From NCBI RefSeq assembly GCF_001194135.2, contig NC_068998.1:14959758-15023757 (forward strand): DNA of 64,000 nt. Reading direction: 5' to 3'. This document shows, in pieces, positions 52,197 through 64,000 of the stretch. Both the position numbers and the translations under genes were made by a program. Source of the stretch: Octopus bimaculoides. Taxonomy: Eukaryota. Position 1 is the first letter of the stretch. Every line of letters starts with the position of its first letter. The notes under the pieces were generated by a model, which was given only the letters and a program-made list of their open reading frames with translations, had not been told where the DNA came from and searched no databases.

Positions 52197-54239
52197 TATG
52201 CATATATTTATATGTTACTCATTTACTTCTTTCATTTAATATACACAGCAGTCATACATGCTAGATCACAATCTAGAACAAAATACGAAAAAATACCAAA
52301 AAAGTTTATCAAATCGACCTCAATACTTATTTCAGGCTGGAAATATCTTAGTTCATATTTACAGTTGGCGATAGAAAATTTCAAAGAACATACACGGTCA
52401 TACACATATATATGAATACATGATGCAGTTTACTTCAACTGAATTCTATTTACAAAGTATTGGATAAACTGATGTTACAGAAAAATATACTTTCGCAATG
52501 TGTCCGGCTAGGGGTGGATCGAACCCGGTCTTACGTCTTTGTGAAGCCACTTTCTTAAATACTGTCATGTCTGTTGCTATCTACTAAACATATTCCATTG
52601 TTATTTTTAAACTATCTAATGTAAAATTTGAGATTTCTTGCACTGTTCACAATTTGTGATATGGTTTCATCTGACATTCGTAGAACAGAATGTGCAAATC
52701 ATTTAGAAGATTAGAGAAAAAGAAGAATGGTTGATTTTAAAATAATGATAAATCGTATACAATTTAAAATTGATATTTTAATAGATAGTTACTAATTTTT
52801 CTAATTCATATGTAACATCAGAATCTCATTAACCTTTTGAAAAGACATTTCTCTTTCATTTGAATAATTAATAAAGCGATTAATAATTAATTCTGTAAAA
52901 CTTAATTCTGTAAAAATAAATACTCAAAATTAAATTGATTTACTAAGAATTTATCAGTAAACGACTGATGTTCTTATGTGCCTTCTATTGGTTAATAGGA
53001 CTAAGAAATGGAATCGTGTTACTGTTGTTGTTAACCCCAAGTCTGATGAAAGATGTTCCAGCCGTAACAGTTTCATCTTTTCATGGCTTTACGGTAATGT
53101 AAAATGACATTATCATTAGCCAATGAGTCCTTCCCTAATATTCGTTTTATTTTCCTTGTGAATTAGCAAAATAAGGGCAACACGTAACCCTTTTCAGTGA
53201 TTCCAAGACTGGCAGGAAAGGTGGTAGAAGTTATCGTCAGACCGGAGATCTGCCCTAAATGCTTGAATCTATCATAATCAGCAGAATTCTTGCTCGCATC
53301 TCGAGTGCTTAAAAGTTTCACTTTCTCTTTAAATCATTAGAGGGACTTACATACGAAATGTTAAATGATGTAACGTGTCCGAGAGACATTCCACTCCATG
53401 TCAAGTTTAGCATCATTTTCAAGATTACGCGAGATGAACCTATGCATAACCATTTTTAGTTATGCTGAGTGCTTCTTTTCTATTCTAATGGTATACGATA
53501 GTAGTGGAGTTGTACGAACGTAAGTAATTTTTTAGGGGTTTGCTACCATTCCTTAGTACTCTAGGATTAGGTTGATGTAATTGCTTTCTGCTTCCCTTGT
53601 TTAGCAGATACTGATGATATCATACAACATTCGGAGAATGAATGGGCTAATTTTAAAATTCTTCTTCAGAATTTGTTTCTGAGATACAACCTGTCAATAT
53701 TCCTATATCTCTGCAATCTTCCAACTGATATCATAAATTTGTGTGCGTTTATATATGTGTATGTGTTTTTATATGTGAACGCTCATACTACTGTTTACTT
53801 TTACATATTTATACATTTGTTTCCCGATATCTTGGCTATAAATTCAAAACGTTCTAAAAGGTTTGTGAATTATCACTCGCGTGCATAGATTCAATTGAAT
53901 TACTAACTGCACTAAACATTGATTCAACAAGGTTTAAACTAGTTTTCACGTAATGCTTACATGCAAAAGCAGCCAAATAAACCTTTTCTTACCCCCTACA
54001 GTTTTCTTTTTATTTTTTGCCTTTTTTTTTTTTTTGCTTGTGAGGAGATAAATAACAGAGTAACATTAGTGAAAAGTAACATTAATAAAAAAGTAAAGAA
54101 TACAACTTCCATTATCTGCATTCGAGAAAAAAGCGGGGGGGATAATGGTGAGGAGCTGATAGCAGCAGAGTGCTGGACAAAATGGTTTACATTATATAAA
54201 ATGACCTCTGGTAGTGATCGGGAAGAATGGTAAAAGTGT

Positions 54240-54430
54240 TGGGTAAAAATCTTAACCTGATTTCGTCCGACTCATTATTTTCTGAGTTCAAATTCCACCG
54301 AGGTCGATTTTGGCTTTCTGTTCTTAACAGGGTTGCTAAAATAAGTACGGGTCAAGTACTGGGATCACTGTAATTGATTTTCCCAACTACTGTCAAAATA
54401 GCTGTCTCGTGCCAAAATTGGAAATAATTG
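54240..54430 (+). mobile_element. SINE family B
   Basis: ctgagttcaaattccaccgaggtcgatttt...gtgccaaaattggaaataatt. Confidence 0.8.
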
Positions 54431-54534
54431 TTTATAATATCTCACCATGTCTCTATTCAAATATCACGATAACCCAAATTTTCTCATGTTGCCCTGTTAT
54501 GATTCTATTCACATCAAGGATCCTTTAAAAGAAT

Positions 54535-55078
54535 CGAACTCAGTATTTAAGTGGTATTTTATTTTATTGAATCCCAGAGGATTAAAATAGAAACGGACCT
54601 CAGCGGGGTTTGAACTCATCATAAAGAGACGTAAGTAAATATTGCTTTCACATTTTGGCATAAGACAAGCAATTCTGAGGGAGGGGGTAAGTCGATTTCA
54701 TCAACCCCAGTGCTCAACTGGTTCTTACTTTATCGACTCAGAAAGGACGAAAAGTAAAGTCGACCTCGGCGGAATTTGAACTTAAAACGTGAAGAGGACA
54801 ATGTGCCGCTATGCATTTTGCCGGTATGCTAAGGATTCGGCCAGCTCACCGCCTTACTTCTACTAAATATTGGTTTCAAACTTTCGCACAATGCCAGCAA
54901 TTTAGGGGAGGAAGTAAGTCGATTACATTGCCTCAAGTGCTCAACTGCTACTTGTTTTATCGACCTCGAAAGGCTGAAAGGCAAAGTCGACCTTGACGGA
55001 ATTTGAACTTAGTAGCGACGGACGAAATGCCACTGAGCATTTTTCCCGGCATGCTAGCCATTCTGCCAGCTCGCCGGC
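54535..55078 (-). mobile_element. Three tandem SINE family B copies (54535-54635 partial, 54645-54853, 54873-55078)
   Basis: Three reverse-complement cores. The last is flanked by the 19-bp direct repeat ttacttct(a/g)ctaaatattg (54854-54872, 55079-55097), a probable TSD. Confidence 0.88.
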
Positions 55079-56139
55079 TTACTTCTGCTAAATATTGCAA
55101 ACATTTTACTAAATAATCCCTTGTCTCTGCCAATGGATTGAATCGGGTATAATCCTCCTCTGTATATACTATTTCTTGTTCCCATGTAGTGTATCCTTAT
55201 TTGTAGCCGAAATCAACGGTTCCCAAACTGATGGAAAGCGTCCACAAAGAAAGTTGTGGGGTACTGAAGCCGTATTCAAAATTTTTAAAAGGAAAGCTAT
55301 AGTTAGATACATTAAAACCTGAAACTGAGAAAACAATTGTGTCGCTAATTAATGATATCGGATTGGGAATAGACATGCATTTCAAAACTTGGGATCCATG
55401 ATACTGAAAATGTTGTGGGATCCATGATAGTGAAAATGAAAATGTGGATGGTGGAGTTACTATAGAAAATTATCGATGGTTCAGATGAGCGTTTTCGGTG
55501 CCAAAGTGAGTTCAACACCGGGTATGACGATTAACATTTAGAGCGCCGATTCACTAGCTTTGGACTCATGAAATTAACGCGCAAAGAGCAGAAAATTTCA
55601 CTAACGTGTGTGGGCACTTTCCTATTATCGACATTCAATTTTATTTTTATTTACAAATGCATTGGTAACTAAAATATCACATTGGTGAAACCAGTGTAAT
55701 AGTTGAGCAACAGACTTTTGGTATAGCTATTCCTACCTCATGGAGAAAAGTGTTCAGAATTAAATGACAAAAAAATGTAAAGAATTAAATGTTTTGCATA
55801 AAACATTTTTTCACTCACCCAATTCCTTGCCTTTTTCCTTCCTCATAAAATAGTGATAGCTATTCTGAAAGTCCTCCAATCAACTGTTACATCCGTCAGA
55901 CGAATGTAATAGTTTATTCACTAATCCTTTAGTAAATAACAAAAAAAAAAGATTGACTACCGATATTAGGAACATTTTCCATGTATATCCGTAAAGGCAA
56001 TTTCTACGTCGAGTCCGCATGAAATAAGGAGGCACGGCAGAACGTTTGAATTACTAGTACAAACTATAGAGAGAGAAGAAGAAGAAGAAGAAGTGCTGAA
56101 CCAACCCTATTGCTGAACCGGTATTTGAATTAGCTACTT

Positions 56140-56653
56140 CAAATACCGGCCCCAGTGTCAGACCGTCAATCAAGAGTTCTACTGCAACGTTTTCAAGCGT
56201 CTGAGGGTGGACACTGAGCGAAAGCGACCATATCTGTGGAGCCGAAGAATTGGATACGTCACGACGAAATGCACCCTGTCACGACGAAATGCACCCTGTC
56301 ACGATGAAATGCACCCTGTCACCGAGCTCTCCTCACTCGTGAGTTTCTCGCCAAAAACATGGTAGTGCTTCCGCACCCACTTTATTCGTGAGATGTAGCA
56401 CCTGCGGACTTCCATCTCTTCTCCAAGGCGTCAATGCTTCTCAAAGGTCGCCGTTTTAACATCGTAGTCGGCATCCAGAGAAAATCGCAGGTGTTCGACT
56501 CACTTGGAGAAAACGACTACCAGGCCAGATTCCAAAAGAGGCAGGAACGCTGGGACCGGTGTATTGCTGCGCAAAGTCACTATTTCGAAGGAGACGAAGT
56601 TAAAACTTTTTCATTAAGCATAACACGTCCTCAGACATTTTGATACCACCTCG
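56140..56653 (+). mobile_element. Mariner (DD34D) transposase remnant with right TIR
   Basis: QTVNQEFYCNVFKRLR...RKRPYLW..HDENAPCHRALLTREFLAKNMVVLPHPLYS*DVAPADFHLF..LKGRRF...RWDRCIAAQSHYFEGD. Ends ttttgataccacctcg+TA. Confidence 0.93.
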
Positions 56654-56661
56654 TATCCTAT

Positions 56662-56856
56662 TTGAGGAGCTAACTGACAGAACCGTTAGCACGCCGGATA
56701 AACAGTTTAGCAGTATTTCGATCGTCTGCATGGAAGTTGACTTTACCTTTCGTCGGTTCGGAGTCGATAAAATAAGTACCAGTTGAACACCGTGGTCGAT
56801 GATAACGTCTTACTCCCACCTCGTAATTTCTGGCCTTGTGCCAAAATTCGAAACCA
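56662..56856 (+). mobile_element. SINE family B with central deletion
   Basis: gagctaactgacagaaccgttagcacgccgg...ggagtcgataaaataagtaccagttga...ccttgtgccaaaattcgaaacc. Confidence 0.8.
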
Positions 56857-58559
56857 ATAGAGTTATTCTATGTACCTTATTATTATTTTTTTTTGTGAAA
56901 ACGGTGTAGTTCCTTCATTTGCCTCTTCTTTCTTTTTCAATATTCACCAGTTTCTCTTGACTGATATGTTTGTCACAACCATCTTGTAATTGTTTTAGGT
57001 ATTACTATTTAACGTCTTTTTTCTTATATTTTCATATCCCACATGTATTGTGTTTTAATCCTATTCGAAATTGAGAATCTTCTTTCACATGTTACATTTT
57101 AAGCTCGAAACAATAACCTCGATTCCAACTTAGAATATCTTTAATCAAGACATACCAACACTGACAATCACATCTTTCAAATTTCTTATTGCTTAGTCAA
57201 AAGAAAGTAAAGGCAACGCTCAATAAACCTTTACTTTTTGGGGGGGGTGGGGGCTTCTGAGAAAGGTGGGGAAAAAAAGGATGTTATCTCGAAACTGAAA
57301 CTTTACTTGAATAAATGCAACAGTAAACTCCACTAAAGGCAATCGGGTGTGATTTGAGGGAATTTGGCTTCTATTTCTAACAGTCTCAACTACCAAATAG
57401 ACGCCCTTTCATTATATGAAAATCCTTCTTTCAGTTATAGAAAGGAAGTGTAGTATGGACATGGAGTCAATAGTAACCATGATCACGTCTTGGAAGCGAA
57501 ATTGAGCACACTATTGACTTTAAATATTCAGGTTCTAAAAAGATTTTCGTATCTTATAATTCCTCTGTAGAATGGATAAGCTATGGTTTTGAAGGTCATC
57601 ATCTTGCATTCTATTTGTGGAGAATTTTCTAGCAAGTCGCATTATATCTTTGAGGTGTCACTTGTTTATAATTTTCAACTATTCATTATATGGGAAGAAC
57701 AAAATACTTCAATATTCGAGTCGTTATCAAAACATATTAAAGGTTTTTGAATTTAGATATTATTTCTCGTTCAGCAAATTAGATATATTCTCCCATAAAA
57801 TATACTTCTATAATTATATACTTCTTAAATTATACTTCCATTATATATTTAATTGAATAGGATCAAGTTCGCTGGTGGGAAAGAAGCCAGTTTGAAATAT
57901 TTTTAAATTTACTCCTTCAGCTATATATCAAATTATCGATATTGCTGGTAATGATTTACAATTGACAAAGGTTCTGCAATTGAGATGTTCGAGAAAAATT
58001 ACATGATATTATTTATTGCAAGAGGAAAGAACATAAAAAAGAAGGGTAAAATACAACTACGTTTAGAAATATTCACGTAATATTTCATTGCAGAAATGCT
58101 AATAATCGGTATTTCATTGGCTCATGGCAACCTAACTTTGATACAATAAGGGTAAAACTGTAATAGAAATCATGCTAATTTTTTAAAGTACTTTTATTAT
58201 GTTATCTCTTCTAAAGATTACCGAGACCTGCTTATCGTGTCTAATAACATTATGAAGAGTCACGTCATTTTAAAGTTTTCAGATTGGGCCTAAACAGATG
58301 AGATTTGTCGTTGTTGCTGTTGTATTGATGGTATAGTTATTGGTGCGGCTGTTGTCGTTATATTTTTGTTGTTACTATATAGCTTTGCTTCAAGTTAAGA
58401 TTAACTACAACATATGAAATTTTCGGAATATGCTGAATAAGCTTTAGAAGTATAACTTACTGCTTCATGATATCCGACACAAAATACACGTCTAAACCAG
58501 TTTGAGCAGAGATAACAAAATTACTTTAAAACACTTGAACTAATTGGACTTTTGTTCTT

Positions 58560-58760
58560 TAACAATGGGTTCAATATTGATTGAACAGACCTCAGATCAA
58601 TAACGTTCCATCCGTGATTATTTTACAATTCTATTTCCAATACAATGTAACTACGACTATACTTGTCCAATGATTTCTTCTTTTCTAAGACGGCCTGTAA
58701 TCTGAAGGCGGTTTGAGTGCTATTTCTAGTATTTCGAACTACTTACGTAGAGGCTCTCAC
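58560..58760 (+). repeat. Degenerate dispersed repeat (related pieces at 28835-29010, 53035-53085, 57345-57395)
   Basis: Shared motifs gacct..gatcaa...ttccatccgtga and tttga..gg..tttg..tgctatttctag. Confidence 0.4.
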
Positions 58761-58824
58761 GTTGGCTTAAATCTCGAATCAGTCAATGCTTTGGAACTAG
58801 ATATTGCATACACACATACTCATA

Positions 58825-58825
<1 letters not shown>

Positions 58826-58890
<65 letters not shown>
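58826..58890. repeat. (CA)n microsatellite
   Basis: Direct reading. Confidence 0.95.
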
Positions 58891-58893
<3 letters not shown>

Positions 58894-59574
58894 GTATGTA
58901 TATGACTTGCTAACGTGTTTTAAATCTGTAAAATGCAGTGAGCCATCAATTGGAGATTGAGTATATGAATCAATAAAACAACAACTGCACATAGACCAAT
59001 AATAGATATTGCTTTTTATCAGAAATACTTGTTTAGCCATTCCTTTTTCTTGCGCTTTAGGACTCATGACGTCGGTTACTCGTTTTGTACTTGAAATAAA
59101 TTTGGGCATAGTGATGAAATTTACCATTCCTGATTATGATTACAGCAGATGTTTCTGTAGCTAAATCATGCATGCAGAGAAATACCGGAAAACTATCGAT
59201 AGAAACATTGCTACAGTATTCTGCCGAGTATTGAGGTATTATCCATGATCAGGAAAAAATTCATCTTCATCCAGTTAATGACAATGCTTTAGAGTCTGAC
59301 TTGAGGTTGTCCATTGTACGTGACATTGCTGCATCTTATAACAGTTCAGTTTATATCTTCACGTCACGTTACAAGCGAGAAAATATTGCAATGAAAAAGA
59401 GTTCCAGTGATCGCGCGACTGGCTCAAAGTAGCAGTGAAATCTCCTTCAAACTTCACTCATCTTGAAAATGTTTGAATATACAGACTAACCCATTCCTTG
59501 TGATAATGTTCCAAGAAGGAAGCCAGAATTCTTACACATAGGATGCTTGACTGTACAAGAATAACGTTCGTCGA

Positions 59575-60000
59575 AGGCGCAGGCTTGGTTGTGTGGTTAA
59601 AAAGCTTTCGTCCCAATCATATGATCTTGGGTTTAGTCTCACTACATCGCACCTTGGGCAAGCGTCTTTTATTATAGCCCTAGGCCAACCAAAACCTTGG
59701 GAGTGAGTTTGGTAGACGGAAACTAAAAGCCTACCATATACGTGTGTAAGTGTGCCTTATTGTTTGTGCTGTATTTGTTCTCTCTGCCACACCACCAACG
59801 TTTGATAACCCGTGTTAGTTCGTTTACGTCAACGTAGCTTAACGCTTCAGTAAAAGAAAAAAAATGATAGAATACGTTCCAGAGTGAAAAATAAGTACTG
59901 CGGTCGGTTTATTTGACTAAACCCTTGAAGGCAGTGTCACAGCATGGCCGCAGTCCAGTCACTGAAACAAAATATAAGATTAAAAGATAAAAGATAGAAG
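59575..60000 (+). mobile_element. SINE family A, full length
   Basis: aggcgcaggcttggttgtgtgg head; 3' cagcatggccgcagtccagtcactgaaacaaaat. Confidence 0.88.
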
Positions 60001-60955
60001 CGACAAAACCAAACAATTTGATGAACAGTACAAATATCGATAGTCTAAATAACTAGAGAAAAATTGAAATAAGGTTCATCATAAATTTCGAGTCAACATT
60101 ATTTTGAAAAATAAATTAACAGGAGAACTTGATACACAAACATTTTATTTGCTTGGCAGATTATTTTTTAAATACTTAAGGGAACAGTATTTGTAATAAA
60201 ACCCCGTAAATCCACCATCTAACGAAACGGTAAGCTTTATTGATAAAACAATTTTAATTATACGGTAGCAATTTGCTCTGTGAAATCAACGGTTGCAAGC
60301 AAAATTACTTTTATTTCATTACTTTCTTAAATCTATATTTTTCACTAATGTTTTCTCGGTTTTAATGCGTCTTTTAAACAGCGAAACGCAAGCCGCTAAT
60401 TGGTATTTGCATATAAAGAAAAATACCTTTATGAAATATTCTATTTTCCCTAACAAAATCTTGAATATTTCAACTGAAATTTTTCAACGTAAGATCACAC
60501 ACACAGACACACACACACAGACACACACACACATACATCGTACTTTGTGGTACTCACGATTCACTGTGTTATAAGATACTTTGAAGATTATCATGCATTT
60601 TCCAAGAAGCTAGTTGAGAATCGCAGGACAGTTCATGAGAAGAGCAACAAACCACCGAGTAGGTGACTATTTTTTTGCCATCTCGCTCAACGACAAGCAG
60701 AAGAATTCGATGGTGTTGCATGCTAATTTTGTCTTACAATAGTTATTTAGGCATTTAGTATGTGCCTGCCAGTCACTTGCCGGTCTTATGGATGGGGCTT
60801 TGACGAGAATTTTTTTCCTAGAATTACATTTACAAAGATCAAGGTGCCTCTTCCGCTATGTTTCATCTACAAAGCCACAAAATACAATATATGCATACTT
60901 GGCCACACACACACACACACATAGATACGTACATGCATATATACATGTATACACA

Positions 60956-60994
<39 letters not shown>

Positions 60995-61213
60995 NNNNNN
61001 NNNNNNNNNNNNNNNNNNNNNNNNNNNNNNNNNNNNNNNNNNNATAGCCAAGCAGTGTTTAGGCATAAGCAAAGTTTAGGTTAGTTAAAATGTTTGTGAC
61101 ATATTTTCACAGCCAAAAGGTAAATTCACTGCAGTAGCCGTGAGGAAAAATTCCCTCTTATGGTAAAAAAAAGTGTAAAAACACACATCTACCCAGAGAC
61201 GCCACCTGCCAGG

Positions 61214-61335
61214 CATACATACATACATACATACATACATACATACATACATACATACATACACACACATACATACATACATACACACATACATACATAC
61301 ATACATACATACATACATACATACATACATACATA
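61214..61335. repeat. (CATA)n microsatellite
   Basis: Direct reading. Confidence 0.95.
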
Positions 61336-62628
61336 AACTTAAATATATAAAAGAAACTTAGATAAAAAATAACATTTCAACTTGCTTTGATACCAATCTT
61401 CTTTCGGTTTCTCGCGAAGTAGTCGTTGGATTTTTGAACGCCAGGTTGCATTTCCTTGCACACAAGCTTGTATCAGCTGTCTTTTGCGCATCTTTCTGCA
61501 ATTAGTTACTGCAGTGGAAATATCACTCATCTGTCGTTATAAATTTTTCTCTCCGAATTTCCACTTGGATGAAGATAGTCAGATTATTGTAACAAACCGA
61601 CCAAGCAAACCAGCGAAGCATGTCAACATTTAAAATTTAAGGTCAAAGCTGATAAACAAGAAGGATAAAGCAAGGTAAGATAATGTTGAATTAATGCCCA
61701 TAATATAATATTTATAATTACATGCAGCTACAGGAACGGAAGGAATAAAAAAGACAGCCATTATATAATAACAGCATATCAATATCACCAACTTCAAAAA
61801 CTAACAACAGTTAACAAAAATTTGACATCATAACATTACAAAATTTGTAATGAAAGACAGTGCAACCACGACATAATGAAACACCAGAATAACAAACATA
61901 ATGATAATATAAAAACAATTATTGGAGCTATTTGCTGTTTCGGGGATGGAATTAATGCTTAATCATGGCTGCATTGAAGCGTCTATAAACTGTCAATAAT
62001 AAAACAAGGTATTGATATGAAATTAAGCAAAAAAATTCGTCATAGAATTGCAAACTATGTGAAACAAAAACTATACAAATATTTTCAAACGAAAATGTCG
62101 TTTTCCAGAAGAAAAGGAAAAAAACTGTATATATATCAAAGTGCTTCAAGTTTAACTGATAGAGATAAAAACTGATACGGAAAAAAACATAAATGATAAT
62201 TTAGTTTCCTTATTTATTCACATGATTGGCAGAATATAAACTTAGGTCCACCAGAATAACGATCCACTCATTACACTGTGTAATACGATTTTTGTCCTTG
62301 TGTAGCAACTGCTATTTCCTATTGGATTACCCCGAAAAAGTATGAAAAATGACTATTATCACTTCGTTTATAAATTAACGACCAATCACCTGCAATTCAA
62401 CGGAATTGTTCCCCGAAGTCAAAATCGAAGAGCGAAAAGCATATCCACTTTCGGGTCTACTGGAAGGTATTCAGAATAAATATGTGCATCATTCTTGGGA
62501 TTCTCACTATTCTGCATGTTACTATAAGGTTATATACATATATACATATGTTTGTGTGATTGTGTGTGTGTGTGTGTGTGTGTGTACGTTTCTACACACA
62601 CACACACACACACACATATTTACATATA

Positions 62629-62671
<43 letters not shown>

Positions 62672-62689
62672 ATGCGCTTGTGAGTGTAA

Positions 62690-63073
62690 CATCTGAGTGA
62701 GAATCGCTTAAGGCAGGGCCGAGTGTTGATGCTATTAAACAAGACCACAGATCCCAGCCGGCTACTCAAGAACAGGAACAATTTGTGCAGGAATTTCAGG
62801 TTATCACTCACAGTGCTCGAGCGAAAGTGTTGAGAATGAGATCAAACCTGAAACTGCAAAATTTCAAAGGACTGTAACCGCACAGCCATCTCTGTACCTT
62901 GCTGATAACTACCATTCTTAAACATTTACTTTGGGGGAAAAGGAACCAATGAAGTCTACTGCGGTATGTATCTTGTCATTTTTGCTTTATTGAGCACGAA
63001 CATTTCGATCTGGGTGAGATTTGAACTCAGAATGTAATGGATCTTAACTAAAGCAGTAAAAAGCACTACCGCC

Positions 63074-63075
<2 letters not shown>
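62690..63075 (-). mobile_element. Two degenerate SINE remnants (tRNA head at about 62885; family B piece at 62935-63075)
   Basis: gtaaccgcacagccatctctgtacc (reverse complement of an A-type head); gagatttgaactcagaatgtaatgg...ctaccgcc followed by (ATT)n. Confidence 0.55.
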
Positions 63076-63114
<39 letters not shown>

Positions 63115-64000
63115 GATTTATAACTTAGGCACATATACTCACACATGTTGGAGCGGAAAACATTCGATTATATCCACTTCCATTTTACCGATCTCTACAC
63201 GGCGTATTTTAAAATCAGAACGTAAATTTAACTAAAACTAAACCATGCAATATATATTTTGTTTACCCAAATCACAGAAGTATACGTTCACAGGCATGCA
63301 GAAACATGCACATACACACACAAACATTTATATTTATATATTGACGTACCGCATTGATATTAGAACAAATGCTTTTGATCGTAAATACCATTTTATTTCA
63401 GAACTGTTGTTTTCAGTGCAAAACTTGCCCATTTTCCCTACCGTCATTTAAATCATTTAATCGCCAATTCTGTTATGAATTTTATTTCTGCGAGCCTTTG
63501 TACGTTATGTTTGAAATTATAATCATTATCTAAATTACAGAAAAGATCTTTGTCCTTAATATGTTTGATATTCCACTTGAATGTTGATGTTAGTGCATAA
63601 AATATCTGCACACGGGGAAATGTTTATAGCCAGCTGATGGAAATGATAACAAAAGAAGAAACATAATTGCCTGCAGTTTTATTAAAGACCAACGCATCTT
63701 TTGATTAAATAACAAACTGAATGTATTTATATGATGAGATATATTAAATATAACACAAAAAAACGAATATTATAACAGAGAAATCTTCACATTAATTCAA
63801 CAACATTTTAGCAGAAAGGCTACAGTATTAAAATCCTAAGTTTTCGTTACGTGCGAGATAAACATTTAAAAACAGTGATGAAGATATATATATTCAAAGT
63901 TCCGTCAGATTTGAACTTGAAATGTTCTCTACCTTCTGTGATATTTTCGCTGTCTATACATGATATAATACAGTATTCATTATTAATTTAGCCATAAATT

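Noticed and set aside
61339-61530. 63-aa ORF with ordinary composition
   Set aside because: No recognisable domain or convincing splice sites.

Overview
AT-rich, repeat-dense eukaryotic DNA from a gapped draft assembly (17 N-runs, about 4.8 kb, several abutting (TA)n tracts). The SINE families and microsatellite load match my recollection of octopus (coleoid cephalopod) genomes; that assignment is an inference. I cannot support any intact host protein-coding exon, and almost all long ORFs in the track are N-run or microsatellite artefacts. Transposon remnants I can support are a Helitron helicase C-terminus, two abutting Penelope-like GIY-YIG fragments, a Penelope-type terminus with a hammerhead-like core, two R4/Dong-like RLE LINE 3' ends, a Tx1/L1-like 3' end, mariner, Tc1 and hAT pieces, and about 35 tRNA-derived SINE copies in families I label A-D. 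The most interesting non-TE signals are two plus-strand pre-miRNA-like hairpins (one with a miR-79/miR-9-3p seed in correct register), recurrent convergent SINE pairs that could form dsRNA, a CpG-rich patch near 28 kb, and a possible recursive-splice motif. All of these are candidates, not demonstrated systems.
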